From Bacteroidales bacterium (GTDB lineage Bacteria; Bacteroidota; Bacteroidia; Bacteroidales; FEN-979), in assembly GCA_036796175.1 (NCBI GenBank), contig DAIRDK010000002.1, forward strand, positions 1 through 33,239: DNA of 33,239 bases. The letters run 5' to 3'. A program made the translations under genes and the position numbers. Below, piece after piece: positions 1 through 8,083 of this stretch; the first letter of the stretch is position 1; every line of letters starts with the position of its first letter. Below the pieces are notes generated by a model. That model worked only from the letters and a program-made list of their open reading frames with translations. It was not told where the DNA came from and searched no databases.

Positions 1-1146
1 GGCGTTCCACTCGAATGAGGTCGTCTCCCCTTCGGGTGTTCCGAGGAAATACCTGTAATCGCTGTAAATGGCCGTGAAGTTCCCGAAGAGCTTGCTGTTG
101 AATCCATGGTTCCACCGCAGTGTTCCCGTCCCGTTGCCCCAGTTGGTCCGTGCGAATCCATTCTTGAAGACGTCCCGGCCAAAATACCCGGAAAGAAAAA
201 CCTGGTCCCTGTCGCCCACCCGGTAATTCAGTTTGGCGTTGAGATCATAGAAATAAAGCTTGTTGTTCTTCAGATCTTCGTTCTTCGAGAAGGCCAGGAA
301 GAGGTCGGCATAGGTCCTGCGGGCAGACACGATGAACGAGATCCGGTTTTTGATGATTGGGCTTTCGACGGTGAGCCGCGAAGCGATCAGCCCGACCCCT
401 CCGGTCACCTCGAAATGCTTGTTGTTCCCTTCCTTCATCCGGACATCCAGCACCGAGGCCAGTCGGCCCCCGTATTGCGCCGGGATATCCCCTTTGTACA
501 AGGTGATGTCCCTGATCGCATCATTGTTAAACACCGAGAAGAACCCCATGAGATGAGAAGCGTTGTACACCGTCGCTTCATCCAGCTGGATCAGGTTCTG
601 GTCGGGGGCCCCGCCGCGAACGCTGAAGCCGCTGCCTCCTTCGCTTACCGACTGCACGCCCGGCAGCAGCTGGATCGCCTTGATGATATCCACTTCCCCC
701 ATCAGGGACGGGATCTTCTCGATCGTCTTGATGTCCAGCTTGAACACGCTCATCTCGGCTTCGGATACGTTCTTGTCCTGCTTCTCGCTGCTGATCTCCA
801 CCTCGTCGAGCACCTCGGCGTTCGGGACCAGTTCGATCATCAGCTTCCTGTTTTCCGACAGGCTTACGCTGTGTTCCTGGCTCTGGTAGCCCACGTAGGA
901 AAACACAAGGGTATAATCTCCCGGGAGCAGTGAAATGGAATAGTTCCCGTACAGGTCAGAGGCCGTGCCTGTCTTCAGCTCCTTCACAAACACAGTGGCT
1001 CCAATCAGGGCTTCCCCGTTCGACTGGTCCGTGATCCGGCCGCTGACGGTCATTTTTTTATCCGAACCGGGATGATCTCCCAGCGCCTTACCGGCAGACA
1101 GCAGCACACATAAACATAGTATCAATATAGAGATATGATGGTTCAT
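1..1146 (-). CDS. TonB-dependent outer-membrane receptor, first 382 codons (gene continues past window start)
   Basis: The minus frame is open from ATG 1146-1144 to position 1. It is absent from the ORF track because it has no stop in the window. Hand translation gives MNHHISILILCLCVLLSAGKALG (signal), then TVSGRITDQSNGEALIGATVFVKELKTGTASDLYGNYSISLLPGDYTLVFSYVGYQ (carboxypeptidase-regulatory-like domain), then IPSLMGEVDIIKAIQLLPGVQSVSEGGSGFSVRGGAPDQNLIQLDEATVYN (plug). Confidence 0.85.
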   Translation of the reverse strand, partial: MNHHISILILCLCVLLSAGKALGDHPGSDKKMTVSGRITDQSNGEALIGATVFVKELKTGTASDLYGNYSISLLPGDYTLVFSYVGYQSQEHSVSLSENRKLMIELVPNAEVLDEVEISSEKQDKNVSEAEMSVFKLDIKTIEKIPSLMGEVDIIKAIQLLPGVQSVSEGGSGFSVRGGAPDQNLIQLDEATVYNASHLMGFFSVFNNDAIRDITLYKGDIPAQYGGRLASVLDVRMKEGNNKHFEVTGGVGLIASRLTVESPIIKNRISFIVSARRTYADLFLAFSKNEDLKNNKLYFYDLNAKLNYRVGDRDQVFLSGYFGRDVFKNGFARTNWGNGTGTLRWNHGFNSKLFGNFTAIYSDYRYFLGTPEGETTSFEWNA

Positions 1147-1151
1147 AAGGC

Positions 1152-1715
1152 CTATTTCCTGATGATCTCGAATTCCCCGCTTTCCTTCAGCTTGATGATC
1201 GTCGAGGGCTTAACCTCCCGGAGGACGTCGTGGTATAACGTCACGACATAATCGACCTGTTCCCTGATCTCGTCGGGGATCAGCTTGTAGATCAGCGGGG
1301 CGGGTTGTCCTGACAGATTTGCCGAGGTGGAGACGATAGGCCGGTCAAACCGGCGGATGAGGAGGTCGCAGAACTCGTTCTTCACCATGCGGATGGCAAT
1401 GCTGCCGTCGCTTGCAATCACGTTCCTGGCCAGGTTACGGGCCTGGGGATAGATGATCGTCAGGGGGGTGTCGACACTATGGATCAAGTCCCAGGCGATC
1501 TCCGGTATGGGTCCGGTGTGGCGTTGGAGACGTGCTTCGTCTTCGACCAGGACGATCAGGCTTTTCGTTTCCATCCGTTTTTTGATCCGGTAGACCTTTG
1601 CAACGGCTTTGGGATTGGTGGCATCACAGCCGATGCCCCAGATGGTATCGGTAGGGTAGAGGATCGTTCCGCCCTGTTTCAGCACTTCGAGACATTTATT
1701 GAGATCAGTTTCCAT
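1152..1715 (-). CDS. tsaC: L-threonylcarbamoyladenylate synthase (YrdC/TsaC family)
   Basis: 187 aa. It carries the YrdC-type motifs ILYPTDTIWGIGCDA and VSTSANLSGQP, and the size fits a single-domain TsaC. Confidence 0.85.
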   Translation of the reverse strand: METDLNKCLEVLKQGGTILYPTDTIWGIGCDATNPKAVAKVYRIKKRMETKSLIVLVEDEARLQRHTGPIPEIAWDLIHSVDTPLTIIYPQARNLARNVIASDGSIAIRMVKNEFCDLLIRRFDRPIVSTSANLSGQPAPLIYKLIPDEIREQVDYVVTLYHDVLREVKPSTIIKLKESGEFEIIRK

Positions 1716-1744
1716 AGTATGTTCCTTCCCGACGGAGAAAACGG

Positions 1745-1752
1745 CAAAATTA
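1745..1752 (-). promoter_or_regulatory. Candidate Bacteroidota -7 box (TAATTTTG on minus strand) upstream of tsaC
   Basis: Plus-strand caaaatta is the reverse complement of TAATTTTG, matching the TAnnTTTG consensus, 29 nt upstream of the ATG at 1715. Confidence 0.4.
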
Positions 1753-1802
1753 TGGCAAAATCCGTCTGCAGCTCCGGGTCTGTTAAAAAATCCCCATCTT
1801 GC

Positions 1803-2789
1803 TCAAAGCCTTGCTGTTAACTTGTTTAATGAAATGGTATGTGCGCAGCGGAAATGGTGTTCCGGACACTCGTTCCGTCCGTGGAGACCGCAAGGCCTGC
1901 AGGCAAGCGGTTCATCGGTTTCCACGATGACCGAATCAGAGGAGAGCGGGCCGAATCCGAATCCGGGAACGGTGGAACAGTAGATCACGGTGACCGGAGC
2001 ATCTGTTGCCGAGGCCAGGTGCATCGGGGCGGAGTCGTTTGTGAAATTCATCCTGGCCAGTTTCATGAGCGCGGCCGATTCCAGGAGCGACAGTTTCCCC
2101 GCCAGGTTAACAGCCCCCGGGTGTCCGGCGCCGGCCATGATCTCATCGCACAGTCCGGCATCCGATTTTGATCCCAGCAGGTACACCTTCGCCTCTGCAG
2201 GGACGGCTGTCAGCAGCCCGATCCACTTCTCTTTCGGAAATTGCTTGGTGAACCAGAGAGAAGCGGGAGAGAACGTATATATTCTTCCGCCGGTCAACTC
2301 CCCGATCACGGCAGCGGGAAGGGAGGCGGGACTGTAGAGCCTCGGCCCTGTAAACTCCCTGTCCGTGATCTCACTTACCAGGTCCAGGTTCCGTGACACC
2401 TCATGGATGTTCGGTTCGATGCGGTGTTTGATCTTTTTGGTAAAGAAGAAGGAGAATGGATTCTTATCGAAGCCGATCGTCATCTCCGCCCCCGATAAAG
2501 CGGTCAGGAGACCGGTGGATGCGAACCGCTGGACATTGACCACGAGGTCGTACCTGGTTTTCCTGATCCGGCGGGCTAATCTGTACAGCCCGGCGTATTT
2601 ATTCCGGCTCTTGTCCCACACCAGTATGTCATGAAGGAACGGATGGCCGTCGAACAGGCTCTCGTTGCCCTTCTTGACCAGCAGGTCGATGGCGGCCCCG
2701 GGGTAAACACGGTGAAGTTTCTCCACCACCGGGGTGGCAAGGATCACGTCGCCAATGGAAGCGGTCTGGATGACGAGTACTGTGTTCAA
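1803..2789 (-). CDS. Glycosyltransferase family 9 (LPS heptosyltransferase-like)
   Basis: 328 aa. The N-terminus VLVIQTASIGDVILATPVVEKL and the C-terminal NDSAPMHLASA are typical of GT9 heptosyltransferases. Confidence 0.8.
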   Translation of the reverse strand: MNTVLVIQTASIGDVILATPVVEKLHRVYPGAAIDLLVKKGNESLFDGHPFLHDILVWDKSRNKYAGLYRLARRIRKTRYDLVVNVQRFASTGLLTALSGAEMTIGFDKNPFSFFFTKKIKHRIEPNIHEVSRNLDLVSEITDREFTGPRLYSPASLPAAVIGELTGGRIYTFSPASLWFTKQFPKEKWIGLLTAVPAEAKVYLLGSKSDAGLCDEIMAGAGHPGAVNLAGKLSLLESAALMKLARMNFTNDSAPMHLASATDAPVTVIYCSTVPGFGFGPLSSDSVIVETDEPLACRPCGLHGRNECPEHHFRCAHTISLNKLTARL

Positions 2790-2799
2790 AGCAGAGGGG

Positions 2800-3618
2800 T
2801 TAAACGGGGATATCGAATTCCCGCAGTGCCTGGTTGAGCGACGTCTTCAGGTCGGTGGATGGTTTGCGTCGCCCGATGATGAGGGCGCAGGACACTTGGA
2901 AATCCCCTGCGGGGAAGTGTTTGGTCACCGAACCGGGAATCACGACCGATTGAGGCGGGATACAGCCTTTGGTTTCCACCGGGATTTCTCCGGTCACATC
3001 CATGATGCGGGTGGATGCGGTCAGGACCACATTGGCGCCCAGAACGGCTTCGCGGCCAACCCGAACGCCTTCGACAACAATACACCTGGATCCCAGGAAA
3101 CAGCCGTCCTCGATGATGACCGGTGCGGCCTGCACCGGCTCCAGCACACCGCCGATCCCGACCCCGCCGCTCAGGTGCACATTCTTTCCCACCTGCGCGC
3201 AGGATCCGACTGTGGCCCAGGTGTCGACCATCGTTCCCGCATCAATATAGGCACCTATGTTCACATATGAGGGCATCAACACCACGCCGGGAGAGATATA
3301 CGACCCGTAACGGGCTACGGCATGGGGTACCACGCGGATACCAAGCTCCGCGTAATGTTTCTTCAGGGGGATCTTGTCGTGGAATTGAAGCGGTCCGGCT
3401 TCCGTCACCTCCATCTTGCAGATGGGAAAATAGAGGATCACCGCTTGCTTGATCCACTCATGGGTGATCCAGCTGTCGCCTGAAGGTTCCGCAACGCGCA
3501 ATGCACCGGAATCCAACCGGGCGATGACCTGTTCGATCGCTTCCCGCGTTTCCGGCTGTTTCAGCAATGCCCGGTCGTCCCAGGCCGCCTGGATGATATC
3601 CCTTGTATTATCAGACAT
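2800..3618 (-). CDS. dapD: 2,3,4,5-tetrahydropyridine-2,6-dicarboxylate N-succinyltransferase
   Basis: The ORF track entry is 2800..3639 with a TTG start. I prefer the ATG at 3618 (MSDNTRDIIQAAWDDR) because a -7 box overlaps the TTG. The protein has left-handed beta-helix hexapeptide repeats (GSRCIVVEGVRVGREAVLGANVVLTAST) and DapD length. Confidence 0.85.
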   Translation of the reverse strand: MSDNTRDIIQAAWDDRALLKQPETREAIEQVIARLDSGALRVAEPSGDSWITHEWIKQAVILYFPICKMEVTEAGPLQFHDKIPLKKHYAELGIRVVPHAVARYGSYISPGVVLMPSYVNIGAYIDAGTMVDTWATVGSCAQVGKNVHLSGGVGIGGVLEPVQAAPVIIEDGCFLGSRCIVVEGVRVGREAVLGANVVLTASTRIMDVTGEIPVETKGCIPPQSVVIPGSVTKHFPAGDFQVSCALIIGRRKPSTDLKTSLNQALREFDIPV

Positions 3619-3636
3619 TCCTGCTGTTTGATGATC

Positions 3637-3644
3637 CAAAGGTA
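3637..3644 (-). promoter_or_regulatory. Candidate -7 box TACCTTTG for dapD
   Basis: Plus-strand caaaggta is the reverse complement of TACCTTTG (TAnnTTTG), 18 nt upstream of the ATG at 3618. Confidence 0.45.
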
Positions 3645-3664
3645 GGTAAAAAAACAGAAATTGC

Positions 3665-3672
3665 TAACTTTG
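3665..3672 (+). promoter_or_regulatory. Candidate -7 box TAACTTTG for ruvX
   Basis: Exact TAnnTTTG match 12 nt upstream of the ATG at 3685, divergent from the dapD box. Confidence 0.45.
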
Positions 3673-3684
3673 CAAAAACATGGC

Positions 3685-4107
3685 ATGGGAAGGATCCTCG
3701 CTATCGATTACGGCCGGAAACGGGTGGGACTGGCGGTCACGGACGAGCTCCGGATGATCGCGACCCCGCTGGGAACGGTCCCGGCCGCCGGGGTGATCAC
3801 CTACCTGAAACAGTACGTTTCCGGGAATGCGGTCGACCTGTTTGTCGTTGGCGAACCGAAGGACATGAAGAACCGCCCGTCCGAAGCCGAACTTTTCATC
3901 AGGCCGTTTCTTGCGCAGTTGAAGAAGGCGTTCCCGGACATCGAAACGGTGCGGATTGACGAGCGGTTCACTTCGCTGATGGCCACGCGGGCCATCCGTG
4001 AAGCGGGGCTCGGGAAGAAAGGCAGGCAGGACAAGGCGCTGGTCGACCAGGTCAGTGCCGTGATCATCCTGCAGTCATACCTCGAAACCCTTTCCATGAC
4101 ACCTTAA
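3685..4107 (+). CDS. ruvX: Holliday junction resolvase-like RuvX (YqgF)
   Basis: The ORF track starts at TTG 3661. The first ATG at 3685 gives MGRILAIDYGRKRVGLAVTD, the canonical YqgF N-terminus. About 140 aa. Confidence 0.85.
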   Translation: MGRILAIDYGRKRVGLAVTDELRMIATPLGTVPAAGVITYLKQYVSGNAVDLFVVGEPKDMKNRPSEAELFIRPFLAQLKKAFPDIETVRIDERFTSLMATRAIREAGLGKKGRQDKALVDQVSAVIILQSYLETLSMTP

Positions 4108-4115
4108 TTGTTGAA

Positions 4116-4688
4116 ATGATGATCATGCCAGTTGTAGCATACGGACACCCTGTATTAAAGAAAGTCGCCGCGGAGATCACACCGGATTATCCCGATCTGC
4201 AGCAATTTGTCGCCGACATGTGGGAGACGATGTACGTTTCCGACGGCGTCGGCCTCGCCGCACCCCAGGTAAACCGCTCCATACGTCTTTTTGTGATTGA
4301 TACCTCCCCTTTTGCCGAACATTATCCGGAAGCCAGGGATTTCAAGCAGGTGTTCATCAATGCAAAGATTTACGAAGAAGAGGGGGAGGAATGGGCCTAT
4401 AACGAAGGCTGCCTCAGTTTTCCCGGCCTCCGGGAAGACATCATGCGCAAACCCGTCATCCGCATCCGCTATGTGGATGAGAACTTCAGGCCTCACGACA
4501 TGCGTTTCAGCGGGATCATCGCACGCGTGGTCCAGCACGAATACGACCATATCGAAGGCATCACCATGGCCGACCGGATCAGCCCGCTGAAGAAGATGCT
4601 CCTGAAAGGCCGCCTGGCCGACATCTCCAAAGGGAATGTCGAAGTCAGCTATAAGATGATCTTTCCGGCGATGAAGAGGAGGAAGTGA
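4116..4688 (+). CDS. def: Peptide deformylase
   Basis: Contains the three Def motifs GVGLAAPQ, EGCLSFPG and QHEYDHIEG. 190 aa, though the start could be 4116, 4119 or 4125. Confidence 0.95.
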   Translation: MMIMPVVAYGHPVLKKVAAEITPDYPDLQQFVADMWETMYVSDGVGLAAPQVNRSIRLFVIDTSPFAEHYPEARDFKQVFINAKIYEEEGEEWAYNEGCLSFPGLREDIMRKPVIRIRYVDENFRPHDMRFSGIIARVVQHEYDHIEGITMADRISPLKKMLLKGRLADISKGNVEVSYKMIFPAMKRRK

Positions 4689-4730
4689 AGAGTGAAGCCT
4701 GCCTGCCGACAGGCAGGAGTGAAAAGTGAA
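4685..4730. repeat. Copy A of a palindrome-containing element: AGTGAAG x2, then CCTGCCTG-CCGA-CAGGCAGG, then AGTGAAA x2
   Basis: Perfect 8-bp stem with a 4-nt loop at 4698-4717. The core 4685-4726 (42 nt) is identical to the reverse complement of 15331-15372. The def stop TGA (4686-4688) lies inside the first repeat unit. Confidence 0.9.
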
Positions 4731-4762
4731 TTTACACAGAGAAACTTAAAGAACAGAATCCA

Positions 4763-5125
4763 ATGACATCCAGCATGAAAAAAGAAATCACGGCGGCTAA
4801 AGACCTGATTGCTTTCTGCGGGCTTTACTGCGGAGCCTGCCGGTCGTACCTCAACGGGAAATGCCCCGGATGCAGGGACAATGCAAAGGCCACGTGGTGC
4901 AAAGTCAGAACCTGCTGCCTGGAGAACAACCTGCTGAGCTGTGCCGACTGCAAGACCATCGAACTGCATGCTTGCAAAAAACACAACAATTTTATCTCCA
5001 AGGTATTCGGGGTGATCTTCAATTCGGACAGGGCTGCCTGCATCGGTCGGATCAAAGAGCTCGGATATGATGGCTATGCGCTGGAAATGGCATCAGATCG
5101 TAAGCAAACCATTCCCAGAAGGTAA
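4763..5125 (+). CDS. Cys-rich DUF3795-like protein
   Basis: 120 aa. The pattern CGLYCGACRSYLNGKCPGCR...WCKVRTCC...CADC matches my recollection of DUF3795. The start may be at MKKEIT (4775). Confidence 0.6.
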   Translation: MTSSMKKEITAAKDLIAFCGLYCGACRSYLNGKCPGCRDNAKATWCKVRTCCLENNLLSCADCKTIELHACKKHNNFISKVFGVIFNSDRAACIGRIKELGYDGYALEMASDRKQTIPRR

Positions 5126-5156
5126 GTGATCTTCTTCTAAAGTAAACAATCCATTT

Positions 5157-5696
5157 ATGCAAAAAGTTCTTGCCTGTTTAGTGCTCCTGGCGGCATTCAC
5201 TGCCTGCCAGCCTTCGCGTGAAAAATTGAACGAACGGATCACTGCGACGGAAAAGAGACTCTTTTCTCCTAATTCGTCGGGATTTTCGAAGGCCTCAGCC
5301 GACAGCCTGATTGCGGATTACGAATTGTTCGTCAGGGAATATCCTAAGGATACGCTGGCCCCGGTTTATTTATTTAAGGGAGCCGGGATTTCCATGAACA
5401 TGGGTGAAGGAGGGAAAGCCATCGAACTTTACGACCGGATGATCAGCACCTATCCGGATCACCCGAAAGCTGCCCTGGCGCTGTTTTTCAAGGGATATGT
5501 ACAGGAGAACCTGCTGAAGGACCTCGATAAAGCGAAAGAGACCTATCTCCTGTTCATTGAAAAATATCCGAATAACGAGTTCACCGACGATGCCCAGGCA
5601 TCGATCAACAACCTGGGGAAGTCCCCTGAGCAGATGATCCGTGAGTTCGAGGCGAGAAAGAAGGCCGACAGCGCAGCGATTACCGGAAAAAAATAG
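5157..5696 (+). CDS. TPR-repeat lipoprotein
   Basis: Has a lipoprotein signal MQKVLACLVLLAAFTAC. TPR-like helices are present (AIELYDRMISTYPDHPKAALALFFKGYV, AKETYLLFIEKYPNNEFTDDA). Confidence 0.6.
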   Translation: MQKVLACLVLLAAFTACQPSREKLNERITATEKRLFSPNSSGFSKASADSLIADYELFVREYPKDTLAPVYLFKGAGISMNMGEGGKAIELYDRMISTYPDHPKAALALFFKGYVQENLLKDLDKAKETYLLFIEKYPNNEFTDDAQASINNLGKSPEQMIREFEARKKADSAAITGKK

Positions 5697-5699
5697 GGA

Positions 5700-6491
5700 T
5701 TATTCCTCCGCAAACGTACGCTCCAGGAAATCATTGAGCTGGGAGGGAGTCACGTTCTTCGTCAGCGAGCCGTCCATGCTGTAAGAGATCTCACCACGCT
5801 CTTCCGAAACGATCACGGCGATGGCGTCGGATTTTTCCGTTACCCCAACTGCCGCCCGGTGGCGGAGACCCAGGAACGAAGGCAGTTCCGGGCTCGTTGA
5901 GACCGGAAGGATGCAGCGTGCAGCCCGGATCCGGTCGCCAATGATCACCACGGCCCCGTCGTGCAGGGGAGAGTTCTTGAAGAAGATCGCTTCGATGAGG
6001 GGCTCCGAGATGCCGGAATCGATCACCTGGCCGGTCTCAACGAATGGCATGAGCTCGTTTTCGCGGGCGATCACGATGAGGGCACCCGTATGTTGATCCG
6101 ACATCTTCTTGCAGGCCTTCACGATCTTGTCGATGTTGAGGTTCACCGGGTTCTCGACCCGGAACTTCCACAACCGGAACCGCTTGGTGTTGTTGCGGAT
6201 GACCCTTGTGTTGCCCAGCATCAGCAGCACCTGACGGATCTCGGGCTGAAAGACCACGATCAGCGCGATCACCCCCACGCTGATGAACTGCCCCAGGATC
6301 TCTCCCAACAGCTGCATGTGGAGGGCATGCACTACCTTCCATACGAGATAGACGGCAAGGATGCCGATAAAGATCTTGACCGCCGCCGTTCCCTTCACGA
6401 GGTTGTAAACGCTATACAGCAACAGAGCAAACAGGATGATGTCGATGACGTCGACGATCCTGAGTGAAAATATTCCTGTAAGAAGGTTCAA
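5700..6491 (-). CDS. cdaA: Diadenylate cyclase CdaA (c-di-AMP synthase)
   Basis: Three N-terminal TM helices followed by a DAC domain with the DGA (LHDGAVVI) and RHR (GLRHRAAVG) motifs. The only start upstream of the TM region is TTG at 6491-6489. Confidence 0.9.
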   Translation of the reverse strand: MNLLTGIFSLRIVDVIDIILFALLLYSVYNLVKGTAAVKIFIGILAVYLVWKVVHALHMQLLGEILGQFISVGVIALIVVFQPEIRQVLLMLGNTRVIRNNTKRFRLWKFRVENPVNLNIDKIVKACKKMSDQHTGALIVIARENELMPFVETGQVIDSGISEPLIEAIFFKNSPLHDGAVVIIGDRIRAARCILPVSTSPELPSFLGLRHRAAVGVTEKSDAIAVIVSEERGEISYSMDGSLTKNVTPSQLNDFLERTFAEE

Positions 6492-6492
6492 A

Positions 6493-6555
6493 GTTATCGG
6501 TTATCGGTTATCGGTTATGACTACATGCTGATTGCCACATGCTACATGCCACCTG
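6493..6555. repeat. Contiguous period-7 tandem arrays: GTTATCG x4 (6493-6520), then CTACATG/CTGATTG/CCACATG/CTACATG/CCACCTG (6521-6555)
   Basis: Read directly from the sequence. The arrays fill most of the gap between the folP stop (6576) and the cdaA start (6491). Confidence 0.9.
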
Positions 6556-6575
6556 CAAAAATATCACAAATAATT

Positions 6576-7400
6576 CTATCCCAGTTCGCCGATCAGCTTC
6601 ACTGTTTCCACCGCCTCTTTAACGTCATGTACTCGGAGGATCCTGGCTCCGTTAAGAAGGGCGATGGTATTCAGCACGGTGGTCCCATTGAGCGCGGCCT
6701 CAGGATGGATCCCGAGCGTGCGCCAGATCATGGTTTTTCTCGACATGCCGGCCAGCAGCGGGTAGCCGTGATGACTGAATTCAGCGAACCGCGACAGGAT
6801 CTCGAAATTATGGCTCCTGGTCTTCCCGAAGCCGAATCCCGGGTCAAGGATGATCTTGTGGAATCCCAGTGCCTCCAGTTTTCTGACCTGGACATCGAAA
6901 AAGTAAGAGATCTCGGCCACCACATCGCCATATTGCGGGTCGTCCTGCATGGTTGCCGGAGTGCCCTTCATGTGCATCAGGACATAGGGGATGTTAAGCC
7001 CGGCAACCGTGGGCAGCATATCGGAGCTGTACATCCCGCCGTAGATGTCGTTGATCATGAATGCACCGTTCTCCGCGGCAATCCTGGCAATGGAGGGCCT
7101 GAAGGTGTCAACGGAGACCAGGCATCCCGGGTAGGCTTTCAGAATGGCCTGAACGGCCGGCATGACGCGCAACAGTTCATCCTCCTCCTCCACTTCCGCT
7201 GCGCCGGGACGGGTCGAGACTGCGCCGATGTCGATGACAGCGGCCCCCTCCTCAAGCATTCTTCCGGCCTGTTCCACCTGCGATGCGAGGTCCGGAAAGT
7301 ACCCGCCATCGTAGAAACTGTCGGGGGTCACGTTCAGGATGCCCATCACGGCGGGCGTGGTGAGGTCCAGCTTCAACCCGTTGAATTCGAGGAATTCCAT
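6576..7400 (-). CDS. folP: Dihydropteroate synthase
   Basis: The ORF track entry runs to 7496, but its first 32 codons are translated tandem repeats. The real start is ATG 7400 (MEFLEFNGLKLDL). Motifs are MGILNVTPDSFYDGG, IDIGAVSTRPGA and DPGFGFGKT. Confidence 0.9.
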   Translation of the reverse strand: MEFLEFNGLKLDLTTPAVMGILNVTPDSFYDGGYFPDLASQVEQAGRMLEEGAAVIDIGAVSTRPGAAEVEEEDELLRVMPAVQAILKAYPGCLVSVDTFRPSIARIAAENGAFMINDIYGGMYSSDMLPTVAGLNIPYVLMHMKGTPATMQDDPQYGDVVAEISYFFDVQVRKLEALGFHKIILDPGFGFGKTRSHNFEILSRFAEFSHHGYPLLAGMSRKTMIWRTLGIHPEAALNGTTVLNTIALLNGARILRVHDVKEAVETVKLIGELG

Positions 7401-7404
7401 GGGG

Positions 7405-7412
7405 CAAAGGTA
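7405..7412 (-). promoter_or_regulatory. Candidate -7 box TACCTTTG for folP
   Basis: The reverse complement of caaaggta matches TAnnTTTG. It lies only 4 nt from ATG 7400, which would imply a near-leaderless mRNA. Confidence 0.3.
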
Positions 7413-7418
7413 GGAAAA

Positions 7419-7493
7419 GGTGACAAGGTGACAAGGTGACAAGGTGACAAGGTAACAGGGCGAACATCGAACAACGAACATCGAATATCGAAC
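7419..7493. repeat. Tandem arrays GGTGACAA x4 plus GGTAACAG (7419-7458), then CGAACAT/CGAACAA/CGAACAT/CGAATAT/CGAAC (7461-7493)
   Basis: Read directly from the sequence. The arrays sit in the divergent folP / ferritin-like intergenic region. Confidence 0.95.
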
Positions 7494-7503
7494 CAAAAGT
7501 TGT

Positions 7504-7511
7504 TATCTTTG
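7504..7511 (+). promoter_or_regulatory. Candidate -7 box TATCTTTG for the ferritin-like gene
   Basis: Exact TAnnTTTG match 19 nt upstream of ATG 7531. Confidence 0.45.
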
Positions 7512-7530
7512 ACCATCAAACGTCACAACC

Positions 7531-8049
7531 ATGGGACAGAAAGCCGTAAACATCCTGCAGATCGACGTGCAGGAGCTGATCAGCAAGCTGAATGCCGCCC
7601 TCGCGGAAGAGTGGCTGGCTTATTATCAGTACTGGATCGGAGCCAGACTGATGGAAGGTCCGATGCGCAGCGAAATCGAACCGGAACTGTTGCTTCATGC
7701 GAACCAGGAACTGGGCCATGCGGTGCTTGTGGTCTCCCGGATCATCCAGCTCGGAGGGACGCCGGTCCTTCATCCTTCCGAATGGTTCAACCTGAGCCGG
7801 TGTGATTACGATGCCCCTGCAGATCCGTATGTCGAAGTGATCCTCGAGCAGAACCTCAAAGGCGAACGCTGTGCGATCCAGCGTTACCAGGAGATCGCCG
7901 ATTTCACGAACGGCAAGGACTTCACCACGCACCAGATGGTCACAACGATCCTGAATGAGGAATTGGAACACGAGCAGGATATCGAGGACTGGATCAATGA
8001 TATCCACCGGATGAAGGAAGACATGATGAAATTAAGAATTAATAATTAA
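7531..8049 (+). CDS. Ferritin-like / Dps-like (bacterioferritin superfamily) protein
   Basis: 172 aa, predicted four-helix bundle. It has di-iron-type ligand spacing (LAEEW...ELGH...EE..H: EEWLAYYQY, NQELGHAVL, LNEELEHEQD). Confidence 0.7.
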   Translation: MGQKAVNILQIDVQELISKLNAALAEEWLAYYQYWIGARLMEGPMRSEIEPELLLHANQELGHAVLVVSRIIQLGGTPVLHPSEWFNLSRCDYDAPADPYVEVILEQNLKGERCAIQRYQEIADFTNGKDFTTHQMVTTILNEELEHEQDIEDWINDIHRMKEDMMKLRINN

Positions 8050-8083
8050 TGATTACTAGTTAATAATTTATAATACAATAGTA

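Noticed and set aside
106-933. 275-aa plus-strand ORF (and nested ORFs at 332-556 and 563-889)
   Set aside because: It is antisense to a well-supported TonB-dependent receptor gene on the minus strand. Its composition (rich in R/P/G/V/H) is typical of shadow ORFs in GC-rich coding DNA.
6525-7439. 304-aa plus-strand ORF
   Set aside because: It is antisense to folP, which has unmistakable DHPS motifs.
7401-7496. N-terminal 32-codon extension of the folP ORF (MVRYSMFVVRCSPCYLVTLSPCHLVT...)
   Set aside because: It is a translation of the GGTGACAA and CGAACAW arrays. A proper ATG with a conserved folP N-terminus is at 7400.
8039-8068. 9-nt direct repeat TTAATAATT (8039-8047 and 8060-8068) in the AT-rich spacer after the ferritin-like gene
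   Set aside because: This is a short, AT-only repeat in an AT-rich stretch, and the first copy overlaps the stop codon. It is easily explained by chance.
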